Below are positions 1 to 23,275 of a DNA stretch of 64,000 nt, piece after piece (within the stretch, counting starts at the first letter, position 1; each line of letters opens with the position of its first letter). Origin of the DNA: the human T2T-CHM13v2.0 reference genome, Homo sapiens; NCBI RefSeq assembly GCF_009914755.1, contig NC_060927.1; one strand, written 5' to 3'. The notes under the pieces were generated by a model. The model was not told where the DNA came from. It made no database searches and saw only the letters and a program-made list of their open reading frames with translations. The translations under genes were made by a program, and so were the position numbers.

Positions 1-50
1 TGATCATGCCACTGCACTCCAGCCTGGGTGACACAGCAAGACCCTTTCTC
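1..50 (+). mobile_element. Alu 3' end (cut by window edge)
   Basis: CACTGCACTCCAGCCTGGGTGACA right-arm motif. Confidence 0.9.
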
Positions 51-234
51 AGATAGGCAGACAGACAGATGTATAACTAAATCAATAAATTCTGCCCCGT
101 TCTTGGTAATAAGATGGTAAGAGGGATCCAGAATACCTTCCCTTTCAGAATCAGTAACCTGGTTATAGGCAAAACTCTATTCTCAAAAAGCAGAGGATCG
201 GAATTGCTCAGATATTTTTTTAAAAAGAAATTTT

Positions 235-562
<328 letters not shown>

Positions 563-712
563 CTAGTGTGGGTAGGAGCTAAGAGTTATTATTATTTAGA
601 GACTCAAGTGCCAGTAGAACAACCGTTTTCTTAGTCCAAGTTTCTTGATGTCCTTGGGATTCCACTTTATGGCTTATTTCAAAAGACCTGTATGAGGCCT
701 GGACTACTTTGA

Positions 713-1043
<331 letters not shown>

Positions 1044-1421
1044 TAGCTATCTAAAACATTGTTTCCATATAGGCAGAAAAACCAGCCTCTAATTTTATTT
1101 TCTGTAAAAGAAATGCACAATGGCAACAAATTAAAGGATACAAAATAAATTGTAACATATCAAACAGGACAAAAAAACATAACGTTGAAAAGCAACCAAG
1201 CTTCATCCTAACTCTACCGCCAGGGCCACTGCCCAAGGACAACATCTTTTACATGTTTTTGTTTGTTTGGAATTACTTCAATATTTCTAAATATGCTCAT
1301 TCAACTTTAAATAAAATCTAATGACTCCCTGCTACAAAGGATAAAGATTATGTTAATACCCACTGGTCCAATATTTAACAGTTGCATTAAGTTTGCGTCT
1401 TTTGTTGGTTTTCTTTGTAAC

Positions 1422-1717
1422 TTTTTTTTTTTTTTTCCTTTTTGGAGACACGGTCTCCCTCTGTTGCCCAGGCTGGAGTACAGTGGCATGATCTTGGCTC
1501 ACTGCAACTTCTTCCTCCCAGGTTCAAGCAATTCTCCTGCCTCAGCCTCCTGAGTAACTGAGATTACAGGTGTGGGCCACCATGCCCAGCTAATTTTTAT
1601 ATTTTTAGTGAAGACGGGGTTTCACCATGTTGGTCAGGCTTCTCTCAAACTGACCTCAGGTGGTCTGCCTGCCTCAGCCTCCCAAAGTGGTGGTATTACA
1701 GGCATGAGCCACCACGC
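1422..1717 (-). mobile_element. AluS
   Basis: reverse Alu; TSD TTCTTTGTAACT. Confidence 0.92.
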
Positions 1718-2072
1718 TTCTTTGTAACTCTGAATAATACAAGATAAAACACTAGATAACATTTCAACTTTAGGTAGTATTACAACTCTCCACTATTAAC
1801 ACCACCATTCTTCCTTCACACCTTTTTCTCACCTCCCTTAAACACAAGAAGTCTTTTGTGTTTTGTCCATAGGTTGACACAGTTAATAGCCAACTTCCAG
1901 ACTAAGGAGTGTGCTAGGATTACATCTTCTCTTTTACAGAACCACTGAACCACCGTGAAAACCACTAGAAAACCACTCAAAGGAAAATATAGAAAGCATC
2001 AGGATCAAATGGATTATCTTCCCTTATTAACAATTGCCCAAATATCTTTGCTTCATATTTAGATCACAAACG

Positions 2073-2586
<514 letters not shown>

Positions 2587-3716
2587 GCAAACTTGTATGG
2601 CTTTGTTTTTCCTGGAGTTTTAAATTACCCTTTTGCCTCCTGAATATTTTATCTAATTTATCATATCAAGTTTTTCCATTTACAGAGATGCTCTCTCTTT
2701 TGCCCCCTGGTACATACCCCTGAAGAACATTTGGCCTTCTGCTTCCATTTAATCTAATTGTTCTTTAGTTCTGCTGTACCACTGAGGACTTCCCTTTACT
2801 GCACTCCAAAGTTAGAGCCACTCTTTTCTAGTATCTATGTCTTCGATATGGTTTGGCTGTGTCCCCACTCAAATCTCATCTTGAATTGTAGCTCTCTCAA
2901 TTCCCATGTGTTGTGGGAGAGACCTTGTGGGAGGTAATTGAATCATGAGGGGTGAGTCTTTCCTGTGCTATTCTCGAGATAGTGAATAAGTCTCATGAGA
3001 TCCGATGGTTTTGTAAAGGGGAGTTTCCCCGCACAAGCTCTCTTCTCTTGTCTGCCACCGTGTAAGATGTGCCTTTCACTTCTGCCATGATCGTGAGGTC
3101 TCCTGCCACTTGGAACTATGAGTCCATTAAACCTCTTTCTTTTGTAAATTGCCCAGTCTCTGGTATGTCTTTTATCAGCAGTGTGAAAATGGACTAATAC
3201 AGTAAATTGGTACCAGAAGAGTGGGGCACTGCTGAAAATATACCCAAAAATGTGGAAGCAACTTTGGAACTGGGAAACAGGCAGAGGTTGGAACAGTTTG
3301 GAGGGCTCAGAAGAAGACAGGAAAATGTGGGAAAGTTTGGAACTCCCTAGAGACTTGTTGAATGGCTTTGGCCAAAATGCTGATAATGATATGGACAATG
3401 AAATTCAGGCTGAGGTGGTCTCAGATGGAGACTAGGAACTTGTGGGAACTACAGCAAAGGTGACTCTTGTTACGTTTAAGCAAAGAGACTGGCAGCATTT
3501 TGTCCCTGCCCTAGAGATGTGTGGAACTTTGACTTGAGAGAGCTGATTTCGGGTATCTGGCAGAAGAAATTTCTAAGCAGCAAAGCATTCAAGAGGTGAC
3601 TTGGGTGCTGTTAAAGGCATTCAGTTTTCAAAGGGAAACAAAGCATAAAACTTTAGAAAATTTGAAGCCTGGCAATGAGATAGAAAAGAAAATCCCATTT
3701 TCTAAAGAGAAATTCA

Positions 3717-3974
<258 letters not shown>

Positions 3975-4971
3975 CTAGAGACTTGGTACCCTGTGTCCCA
4001 GCCACTCCAGCCATGACTAAAAAGGGCCAAGGTACAGCTCAGGCTATGGCTTCAGAGGGTTCAAGCCCCAAGCGTTGGCAGCTTCCACATGCCGTTGAAC
4101 CTGTGGGTGCACAGAAGTCAAGAATCGAGGAACCTCTGCCTAGATTTCAGAGGATGTATAGAAATGCCTGGATGTCCAGATAGAAGTTTGCTGCAGGGGT
4201 GGGGCACTCAGTGCTAGGGCAGTGCAGAAGGGAAATGTCAGGTGGGCACCCCCACACAGAGTCCCCACTGGTGCACTGCCTAGAGGAGCTGTGAGAAGAA
4301 GAGGGCCATCATCCTCCAGACCCCAGAATGCACCATGTGCCTGGAAAAGCTGCAGACACTCAACGCCATCCTGTGAAAGCAGCCAGGAGGGAGGCTGTAC
4401 CCTGCAAAGCCACAGGGGCAGAGCTGCCCAAGACCATGGGAACCCACCTCTTGCATCAAGGTGACCTGGATGTGAGACATGGAGTCAGAGATCATTTTGG
4501 AGCTTTAAGATTTGACTGCCCTGCTGGATTTCAGACTTGCATGGGGCCTTAGCCCCTTTGTTTTGGCCAATTTCTAACATTTGGAATGGCTGTATTTACC
4601 CCCATTTTGTCTAGGAAGTAACTAACTTGCATTTGGTTTTACTGGCTCATAGGCAGAAGGGACTTGCCCTGTTTCAGATGAGACTTTGCACTGTAGACTT
4701 TTGAGTTAATGCTGAAACGAGCTAAGACTTTAGGGGACTGTTGGGAAGGCATGATTGGCTTTGAAATGTGAGGACATGTGATTTGGGAGAGGCTGGGGCA
4801 GAATGATATGGTTTGGCTGCGTCCCCACTCCATTCTCATCTTGAATTGTAGCTCCCACAATTCCCACGTGTTGTGGGAGGGACCCAGTAGGAGGTAATTG
4901 AATCTTGGGGGTGGGTCTTTCCCGTGCTATTTTCGTGATAGTGAGTAAGTCTCAAGAGATATCTGATGGTT

Positions 4972-5297
<326 letters not shown>

Positions 5298-5728
5298 TTA
5301 TAAAGGGGAGTTTCCCTGCACAAGCTCTCTTCTCTTGTCTGCTGCCATGTGAGACATGCCTTTCACCTTCTGCCATGATTGTGAGGCCTCCCCAGCCATG
5401 TGGAACTGTGAGTCCATTAAACCTCTTTCTTTTGTAAATTGTCCAGTCTCAGGTATGTCTTTATCAGCAGCGTGAAAATGGACTAATACAGTCTTCTTAG
5501 TTTATCTTCTTATTTGCTGGAGAACATCCCCAGCTACTTATGAAAGAATGGGAGATAAACTTCCAGTTTTTGGATATTTGAAAATATCTTCATTCTGCTG
5601 GTCACTCTGACTTAGTTCGAATTTACATTCCCTCAAAATTTCAAGGCATTATGTAGTATAATACATTCTAGTTTTCAGTGATACTGATAAATTGGATGGA
5701 AGTGTGGTCTTAATAGATAATTAATTAA

Positions 5729-6022
<294 letters not shown>

Positions 6023-6559
6023 AATAATTAACTTTTTAATCCCCTCATTACCACCAGAAATTTTTCCTTTCATGTTTAATTAACTTAGTTAGCTATAAAT
6101 CATCTCTAGGTTAAAATATATTATGGAAACATATTCAGATCACTTTTGCAATCTTTCATTACATATATTTCATAGTCAAGTTATTTCTTCTTCCCCAAGC
6201 CCCACCCTCCCCAATCAAGTTATTTCTGAAAAAAGAACTTTTTAATATAAATATTATACACGTTACCAATTCAAACAGTAAAAAGTTACTTGCCTATTTC
6301 TTGCGCACTAGAATCTTAGCTTTCTTTCCAGAGGTAGCCACTATTATTCATTTCCAGAAGCTTTTAGGCTTTCTCTTTAATCTTAGTGATATAACATTTT
6401 AGAAATAAAAATTTAGTAACAACTTTTCATGATCAGAATTGCAATTTTTTTGAATTAACGTAAGCAATCAATAAACTAAAAGTGAATATACTTTGTCAAT
6501 GACAGCTAGGCAGACATGTACTGAGTATATAGTACTATATATATATAGATGTTTGATAC

Positions 6560-7320
<761 letters not shown>

Positions 7321-7326
7321 TTTGTC

Positions 7327-7387
7327 TTTTTTTGAGACATTTATTCAGTGTCATGATCAGACTATTACATTTAGCAAATCAACAGCA
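7327..7387 (-). pseudogene. Very short 5'-truncated retro-fragment of the HNRNPA1 mRNA 3' end
   Basis: Minus strand reads TGCTGTTGATTTGCTAAATGTAATAGTCTGATCATGACACTGAATAAATGTCTC-A7. This matches my recollection of the HNRNPA1 3' UTR end (…GCTAAATGTAACAGTCTGATCGTGACGCTGAATAAATGTCT). Confidence 0.7.
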
Positions 7388-7410
7388 ACTTTATGTAAAC
7401 TTTCCTGATG

Positions 7411-7751
<341 letters not shown>

Positions 7752-7887
7752 TAGCTACTGAGTTCACTGTTGGGTAAGTCTTTGGTTCCTTCAGAATTGC
7801 TACATTTGCAGAGCGCCACCTTGCTCAAGGTTAGGTTCCTTCCCAAGTGGCCCACATGCAATTGCTGATCAAAGTGAAGGTATAAGA

Positions 7888-8228
7888 GGCCAGGCATGGT
7901 GGCTCACGCCTATAATCCTAGCACTTCAGGAGGCCAAGGTGGGTGGATGGCTTGAGCTCAGGAGTTTGAGACCAGCCTGGGCAATATAGCAAAACCCCAT
8001 CTCTAAAAAAATAGAAAAATTAGCCAGGTATGGTGGCATGAGCCTGCAGTCCCAGGGACATGGGAGGCTGAAGTGGGAGGATGGTTTGACCCCAGGAGGT
8101 GGAGGTTGCAGTGAGCCAAGATTGTGTCCGGCCTGGACAACAGAGCCAAATGCTGTCCCCCGTCCCACCCCACCACACACACACACACACACAGAAACAA
8201 AACAAAACAAACAAACAAGCAAAACCTT
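7888..8228 (+). mobile_element. AluJ with (CA)n/CAAAA tail inside LTR16
   Basis: TSD AA(A/C)GTGAAGGTATAAGA. Confidence 0.9.
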
Positions 8229-8699
8229 AACGTGAAGGTATAAGAGCTTGACCATCTTAGCCCAACTTGGGACAACTCTAAAGGTCAATTGTAACATCCC
8301 AGACTCCCTATGTAATCTGCATAATCTCTCTCTGCCCAATCCGTGTCCTTCCCCCTCTGTTCCACAAGTGCTAACCCCAAGGGCACTCCTTAATAAATAA
8401 CCTGCCTGTTAAATTCTGTTTCATAGTTTGCTTCCCAGGAACCCAACCTATGACAGTTGGTGGCAGGAGTGAGGTATGAGAAAGCAGGCACTAAGATGGG
8501 ACTTTGGAGCATGATCACTAGCTGCCCACCTGACAATGAGGACCCCTATCACAAGATTACAGTCCAATTGTTAAAACTTTCATGCATGGTCAATTGGGTT
8601 GATACACCAGTAAAAGAGTATATATTTACAGATATGATGTATTAAGCATTTGAGAAACATGGGGGAAATAGCAACTATAAGGATGATGGAATTGATTGG

Positions 8700-9199
8700 T
8701 ACTATGGACTGAAATATATCCCCCAAAATATCTGTATTGAAACCCTAGTCCCCAATGTGATTATATTTGGAGATAGGACTTTTAAGAGATAATTAAGGTT
8801 AAATTAGGTCATATGGGTGGGGTTCTACTCTGATAGTACTAGTGGTCTTTTAAGAAGAGGAAGAGAAATCTCTCTCTTTCTCTGTTTCTGCACGCATGCA
8901 CCGATGGGGTTCTACTCTGATAGGACTAATGGTCTTTTAAGAAAAGAAAGAGAGATCTCTCTCTCTCTTTCCCTATCTCTGCACACATGCACCAAGGAAA
9001 GACCATGTAAGGACAAAGCAAGAAAGCAGCTATCTTTAAGACAGGAAGAGAGCCCTCACTAGGAATCAAGTCAGCTGGCACTTTGAAGTTGGACTTCCTA
9101 GCCCCCAAAAACTGTGATAAATAAAGTTCTGTTGTTTAAACCTCCTGATGTGTGGTATTTTGTTATAATAGTCCAAGCTGACTAAAACAGACTAAGACT
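8700..9199 (+). mobile_element. MLT1A-type MaLR solo LTR with internal duplication of about 88 bp
   Basis: TACTATGGACTGAA start; …GGTATTTTGTTATAATAGTCCAAGCTGACTAAAACA end. Confidence 0.8.
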
Positions 9200-9570
9200 A
9201 TTGTTTAACCGATTGATGCACTAGAAAAAAGATAATGAAAAGTTGAAAATGATTAATCACCAATTTCTTCATTGAGAATGATTAATCACCAAGTGAAAAT
9301 TAGAGAGTCTGCTTAATAGCTCACAAAGTGGCTCTCCTCTCCAGCAGTGGGGGTACAGAATAAGCTAAAGAATAAACTTAGAGTAGCTAAGCTCCAAAGA
9401 AGATTCACTTTCCAGTCAACACAGGTAAATCAAGTTAAGGTCAGGGCCCTAGTTGGGAAAGAATGGGGCTTGACACATTAGATGAGGACGTTCCTAAAAG
9501 TGGCCCACCCTCTCTGCACCATTGCTCAGAGATGGTGCAGAGACCTCTCTCTATCAAGACAACAAGTGTT

Positions 9571-10780
<1,210 letters not shown>

Positions 10781-11318
10781 GTCTAATTGGACAGTTATTA
10801 TAAGATCAGAGAGACAGTCGGGGGAGGTGGCCCTCAGAGGATTATTATGGAGATAATTAATGTGGTGTCCTTAGGGAAAAAAATAGGTGGGCAACCAATA
10901 AGGGTATTCAGTTTGTTTTTTAAAAATTTATGACCAGGAGACTGAATCAGTAACCCCAATTGAAATATAATTCCTTGACAAGTTTCCAAACATGAACTCA
11001 TGCTTTAGACATGAAATCCATTAACTCAAGGAGAGATTAGGTCCCCAGGAAAAAATAACCTGTAACACCATGGTGAAAGTACACAGGAATGATTTTCTCC
11101 GTCCTTCCCCAATGGTTGTTCCAGAACTGTTGGACCTATGGCTTTACTCAAATAATCATGCACTGGGAAAATGGTAGTAGTACCAAAACATTTCAAAGAC
11201 TATTGGTTCCAGACTCTGAATTAACGTTGATACATAGAGACCCAAAGAATCATTTATGGTCCCCCTATTAGGGTAGGTACATGTGGGGGTCAGGTAATAA
11301 ATGAAGTCCTACCCAAGA

Positions 11319-12000
11319 TGCCATGGTCTGAATGTTTAAGTTCACCCAAAATTAATATGTTGAAACCTAATTCCCAATGTGATAATATTAAGAGCGGGTC
11401 CCTTGGGAAATGATAGATCTTGAGGGCAGAGCTGTCATGAATGGGATAAGTACTCTTATAAAGAAGCCTGAGGGCTGGGCATGGTGGCTAGAGCCTGTAA
11501 TCCCAGCACTTTGGGAGGCCGAGGTGGGCAGATCACATGAGGTCAGGAGTTCCAGACCAGCCTGGCCAACAAGGCAAAACCCCATCTCTACTAAAAATAC
11601 AAAAATTAGCCAGACATGGTGGCACGTGCCTGTAATCCCAGCTACTCAGGAGGCTGAGGCAGGAGAATCACTTGAACCCAGGAGTTGGAGGTTGCGGTGA
11701 GCCGAGACTGCGCCATTGCACTATAGCCTGGACAACAAGAGCAAAACTCTGTCTCAAAAAACAGAAAAAAAAAAAAAAAAAAAAGAAGAAGCCTGAGGAA
11801 GCTGCCTTACCCCTTCCTCCATATGAGGACACAGGGAGAAGGTGCTATGTATGAAGAACAGGCCCTTACCAGACACTGAAATCTGCTGGCAACTTGTCTT
11901 GAACTTTCCAGCCTCCAGAACTGTAAGATTTAAATGTTCATCACTTATAAGCTACCCGGTTTTGGGTATTTTGTTATAGTAGTCTGAATTCACTAAGAAA
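11319..12000 (+). mobile_element. MLT1A0-type solo LTR containing an AluS (11473-11785)
   Basis: TGCCATGGTCTGAATG start, CACTAAGAAA end, flanks CAAGA/CAAGG. Alu TSD AAGAAGCCTGAG. Splits the ERVL protease remnant. Confidence 0.82.
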
Positions 12001-12131
12001 CAAGGTCCAGATCACATTGGATCTACTCTTCTACAGACCTATATGTTGGTAATTTCCCCATTTCCCAAATACATAATCAGAGTAGATATACTTCATAGTT
12101 GGCACAACTCCCTCATTGGGTCCTTGGCCTA

Positions 12132-12845
<714 letters not shown>

Positions 12846-13692
12846 TCTGGCTAGGCTCAGTGACTCACACCTACAATCGTAATCCCAGCTCTTTGGGAGG
12901 CTAATAAGGCAGAAGAATTGTCTCCCAAGTCTGAGCTCTACAAAGTTGGAGGTACAGGTCCCCAGAAGGAGTGCAATTTTACCAGAGAATATAGCAAGAC
13001 TCCCACTGAGTTCCAAGCTATGGCTATCAACCTGGGCCCTTTGTGTTCTTTGTGTCCAGGGATAGCAGGCAAAAAGAAGAGTCACCATTCTGGCATCAGG
13101 GAAAGGTTAGATAGCAGAAGCATGAATGTTTGGCATTTAGGTAATCTAACTGTGTACCTCCTGGTGTATGATTTTTCCCAATTTTGACCATAAATAGACA
13201 AATACAGCAACCTCGGCTTGAGAAAGGAATAAAAACTAGGGGAAACCCTTCAAAGATGAGGGTCTGGGTCATGCCACCAGGTAAGCCACTGAGGTAATAG
13301 CTGAGGTAAGAGGACTCTAAACTGGATAGAGGACAAGGGAGACAATAAGTATCAGTCGCAGCCCTGAGACTAGTGGCAGTAATAAGAGCTATGGTTTGCT
13401 CCATTAATCTTACTTTTCTAAATGTCCCACAGAAAAAGAGAGGCCCATCCTAATGCTGGTATTGCTGCTCCTAGAACATATATGAAGATGTAGATCTGAA
13501 CAGAACAAGACTATGGTGGACACTGTGATATGCTGCTCAGATCCTCCTTCAATGAAGGATTACCTCAACTTCTGGGAATGCTATTGGCTCCTTCAGGGAT
13601 TGCCTTAGCTACAGAGAGACAGGTCCCTTCCCAAGATGACTCATATCCAGTGATCAATGCCAGGGTAAAAAGGCCTGACTGACAGGGTGCAG

Positions 13693-13993
13693 ACGGGGTG
13701 CAGGGGCTCATGCCTGTAATCCCAGCACTTTTGGAGGCCAAGGCAGGCAGATTACATGAGGCCAGGAGTTTGAGACCAGCCTGGCCAACATGACAAAACC
13801 CTGTCTCTACTAAAAACACAAAAATTAGCTGGGTGTGGTGGTGCACATCTGTTATCCCGGCTACTCAGGAGGCTGAGGCACAAGAATTGCTTGAACTGGC
13901 GAGGCAGAGGTTGCAGTGAGCCAAGATCACACCACTGCACCCCAACCTCTGTGGCAGAGCAAGACTGTCTCCAAAAAAAAAAAAAAAAAAAAA
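13693..13993 (+). mobile_element. AluS inside 3' LTR16
   Basis: Alu consensus with poly(A). Confidence 0.9.
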
Positions 13994-14375
13994 TCCTGAC
14001 CATCTCCAATTTGGGATAACTCTGAGGGATCATTTCAGTTGCAGAACTTCCTGTGAGGTCAGCTGAGGCTACCATTGGGTTTAAAATCCAATATAACTTC
14101 TCTGTCTGTTCAATTCTGTTTCCTTCCCCTCTTTTCCACAGATGTTGATACCAGGAGCACTTCATCTCAGAATCTGCCTTCCCCAGGACCCAACCCAAGA
14201 TATCCATTTTATATCCTTATAATAGATTACTATGTATCTATTAAAAAGATACAACACTTCCATATTACCTGTTGGCTTAGAAAGAAACCCAAAGTACATT
14301 AAATTCAACAAAATCAGGTTAATATAAACTAGGAAAAAGTTTGGATACATAGTTTAGTGTTAACAGTGAGTATCT

Positions 14376-14683
14376 GCTGGGTGAGGTGGCTCACTCCTGT
14401 AATCCCAGCACTTTGGGAGGCCAACGCGGATAGATTGCTTGAGCCCAGGAGTTCAAGACCAGCCTGGGCAACATAGCAAAACCCCGTCTCTACAAAAAAT
14501 ACGAGAAATTAGCTGGGCATGCTAGGGTGCTCCTGTAGCCTGTGATCTCATCTACCTATCTGGAAGGCTGAGTTGGGAGGATTACCTGAGCCCAGAAGGT
14601 CTAGGTTTCAGTGAGCCATGATCGTGTTACTGCACTCCAGCCTGGGTGATGAATTCAAACCGTTTCAAAAAACAAAACAAAAC
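14376..14683 (+). mobile_element. AluJ
   Basis: TSD AACA(G/A)TGAGTATCT. Confidence 0.9.
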
Positions 14684-14691
14684 AACAATGA

Positions 14692-17002
<2,311 letters not shown>

Positions 17003-17101
17003 TGAGATTGTACCAATTTATACCCTCAATCTACAAAAAAACAAAGCAGGATACAAAAATATAAATGTATATGATTTTATTTTTTCTAAAAAATTAAATT
17101 A

Positions 17102-18973
<1,872 letters not shown>

Positions 18974-19264
18974 ATTGCATCTAATTTTCACGTCTGAGAA
19001 GATTCTTTTAACTTAGGGCTAAAGCAATCAATGATCCTTTTAAACGAGTGGTTCCTAAGCATATATGCCATAATCAGACATCTAGAACTGGAAATGGACC
19101 ATCAGATCAAAGTCCATGAGGACTCCCACCAGCATCAGTCTCCAAGAATCTGTACGTGGCTCCCAGAGACTGAGACCAAGACACATTGTGAGTCCTAAAA
19201 GGAATTTCCCTTCTGATAGAAGTCAGGGAGAACCTGAGAATGGAGGAGTGCCCATAAGTCATGC

Positions 19265-19720
19265 TTTCATTCATTTAACAAATATATTTAAGTGCCGATT
19301 ATATGTAAAGTACCAGGTTAGGTGTTAGGAAGACAAAGATTCACAAGACATAGTCCTTGCCCTCTTAGAGATTTACATTCCAGCAGAGGATAAACACACT
19401 AAACAGTTAATTATATAACTTCTTATAGATAAATGACTAATTTTATAAATACTAGGTATATAGTAACTATTCTGTTATATTAATAATTGTTATAAGTGCT
19501 ATGAAAACTACAGGATTCTATGAAGCTACATAATTGGGGCACCTGACTAATGTGAGAATTATCAGAAAGGCAACTTCAAAGACAAAATGCTTTAGCTGAC
19601 ATCTGAAGAAGATGGGTTGTTGAAGCGGGGAACCACTTGTACAAAGGCCCTTATCAGTAAGCATCTGGAGCATTCAAGGAATTAAAAGAAGGCCAGTATG
19701 GAGAAAAGGCAGAAAGCCAC
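19265..19720 (-). mobile_element. L2 3' end fragment
   Basis: TTCATTCATTTAACAAATATATTTAAGTGCC…CATAGTCCTTGCCCTC. Confidence 0.75.
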
Positions 19721-20399
19721 GGGAGAATGCACAAAGCACTGCGTCCACTCTGGCCCGTCTCCAGCCACTCCCTTGCCATGGGGTGAGGAATTCACACAGT
19801 CATTGCCATGGGATGAAGAATTCACACAGTCAAGAGGATATGCCCATCTGAAACCTGCATCACCCTTCTTTCCAGAACACACTCTGGATTCTCTGAAATT
19901 CCCAGCCTAAATGTCTCTGAGCCTGCTTCCAGGGCCTGTGTCACCCTCTTTCCTGGTCTGTTCTTTTGAGTGTCGACCTGGTTACTGATATGCACACGCC
20001 TGGGCCCAAAAGTTGTCTAAAGGGCAGCTATTCATCAGGGATGTGGAACATGCAGACTGGGGTGACCACACATGTGCAAGTGAAGTCCCTGTGATGCTGA
20101 ATGGAACCTGGTGTGGTGAGAAACATAAGAGCCAGGGCTTGGGGCTCAGCTCTCCCTGAGCCAGAAACTTCATGTCTGAGAATTCTAAATGTAAACCTGG
20201 CCTTATAGGGAGTCATGAAGATATGTTTGTCAAAATAGGAGGATATTACATATTTTTAAAATTTCTTCATCAGCTTGTTTTATAACTTTTAAATATCTAA
20301 AAATTTAGTATGTCAGCCTCTATTTGTGTTCTTGTTTCAGCCTGGTAGATGTTAGGGATGAGCCTGACCATGTTTCTAAGTCTCATTTTGATCTTTACT

Positions 20400-20680
20400 C
20401 TAAGAACAATAGGAGACATTAAAGGGTTGTAAACAGAAGAGTGATTTGATCAGATTTACAAAGATCACTAGTTGCTGTGTGGACAATGGATTAGAGATAG
20501 ACAAGAGAAGATGAAGTCTCTTTAAGTGATGATTTGGCAGTGACAAAATCCAAGAGACAAGATAATTGATAATCACCTCCAAGAGACAAGATAATTGATT
20601 GAATATAAATGACTCTGGAATTTCTGACTGGTGCAACTTGATGAAGAGTCGTACCATTTACTGAGATGAACAAGAAGAGG
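20400..20680 (-). mobile_element. L2 fragment
   Basis: GTGATTTGATCAGATTTACAAAGATCACT…ATGACTCTGGAATTTCTGACTGGTGCAACT…CCATTTACTGAGATG. Confidence 0.65.
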
Positions 20681-21767
20681 ACCAGACCTTTCTTTCCTTT
20701 TCTTTTCTTTTTTTAGTTGGGGGTGGATAGGGTCATGTTCTAGCTAGAACCATGGCAATCACTTCTTTCAATAATATTCGATCATGTGTTTTACAATTAC
20801 AAGTAATGATTTTCTCTAATCAAATGGAGCTCTTCTTTTATCTCTCAATTAAATAACTAATAGAGCAGGAGGCAACTTATTTGAGGAAGCACCAGAGCCA
20901 GTGCCCACAGGAAGAATGGTCCACAGGTGCACTGGGGCCAGCACAGATGACTGCAGCTATGGGTCACGAGCAATGGCAGGACAACTCAGCAGTCAAGAAC
21001 CCAGCTACAGTGGAACAGTAAGTCTATGCTGGGGTGGGAATAGGGTAGGTGGGCACCCCTGCTTTGCCCCTTGACAGGAACTGACAGGTGAGAGAGTTGC
21101 CAGATTTACTGATACGTGTTGATGGGCTCATTGTCTGTGGGAAGCCTCCTGTACTGTGGAGAATGACATGGACAAAGCCAGAGGAGGAAGAACAGTCCTC
21201 AGCCCAGAAGACGGATGGTTGCTTCTCTGGCCTAGGTGTTAAGGATGCTTAGAGAGGAGACAGCTCCATCTTCATTGGATTTCCAGTCTACACCAGATGC
21301 CAAACCAATATGAAGTAGAAACAGGGGGAATTTTTGCCACAATTATCTGCCATAATGATTTCTCTTCTTACTACCCTGTCTTTTTACACTTTAACTATGT
21401 GTTGCATTAAATAGTTGAGTTTTGCAGTGAAAAAAGGTTGCTAAGCAGGATTTACACAATAAATTTAAAGATAGAAACTAGAAAAGATTTCCATTCACAT
21501 TTCTAGAAGCAATTAATTAGAGAGATGTAAGGAAGACAGAGTGGACAGAATGTTTGCTGTTACTCAACTGTCAACAGGCAATTAGAATAAAACTGGTGTG
21601 TGAAAAACATGACCCCATCATGAGATGGAGGACATGGCTGCAAGGCCAGCAGCCAATGTAATTGGTGAAACAGCTGTTGCAAGTACAACTTTACAATGTT
21701 ACTTTAACATAACACACATTGTCTTTCTAAACAAAATTCATAGTTATTCCATAACAAATGAATCGTG

Positions 21768-22380
<613 letters not shown>

Positions 22381-22818
22381 TGGATCGCCTGTGACACTGC
22401 TTATCAATCAGTACTTAGGGTTGGTTACTTTGTGCTAGCTAATTACGCGCCTCTTCCAACAGTGAGAGAGACTCTTGCCCCTCTCCACCTACAAGCAGGA
22501 ACAAAGGAAGAAATGGGGCGGGACCTAGTGATGGCAGGTCAACCCAAACACTGTCTGGGGGAATGTACATTATCTAGCACAGTCGGTGTTTTTGCAAGTT
22601 TGGAATGTGGAATGATCTCAGGTGTTACAAAAACAAGCTATGGAATTACACTGCATCAGAGAGAGAAAAATATTCCTCTTTAAAATAACTTTCCATTCTC
22701 CTAATTATAGAGAGAAAATTGTAGTTTGCTGGTGGGTTATTGTTGATACTTGTTGACTTCCTTTTTAACCCAAAACTAAGTTTTGACGAGAGGTTCAAGG
22801 GACCTTATTTAGCTAGAA

Positions 22819-23118
<300 letters not shown>

Positions 23119-23164
23119 CAAGACTGTAACTTTGAGAGAGGTTAATCTCTTTAAATGAGAAAAA

Positions 23165-23275
23165 TCCCTAAAGGGGTTGGTGATTGAAGACTATCTCTGC
23201 CAATACCACTCCCAGCAGTTGGGGCAATAATCCTTCATTGAAGGGGATTTGAGTGGCATATTGCCACATCTATGA
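23165..23275 (-). mobile_element. LTR16-family 5' fragment
   Basis: Reverse complement CTCAAATCCCCCTTCAATGAAGGATTA resembles the LTR start at 13534 (CTCAGATCCTCCTTCAATGAAGGATTA). Confidence 0.6.

Noticed and set aside
20860-21095. Splice-like signals (ACA/GTAAGT near 21017; TTGACAG then CAG/GTGAGA near 21077-21090)
   Set aside because: Isolated motifs with no supporting ORF or promoter; cannot be distinguished from chance without transcript data
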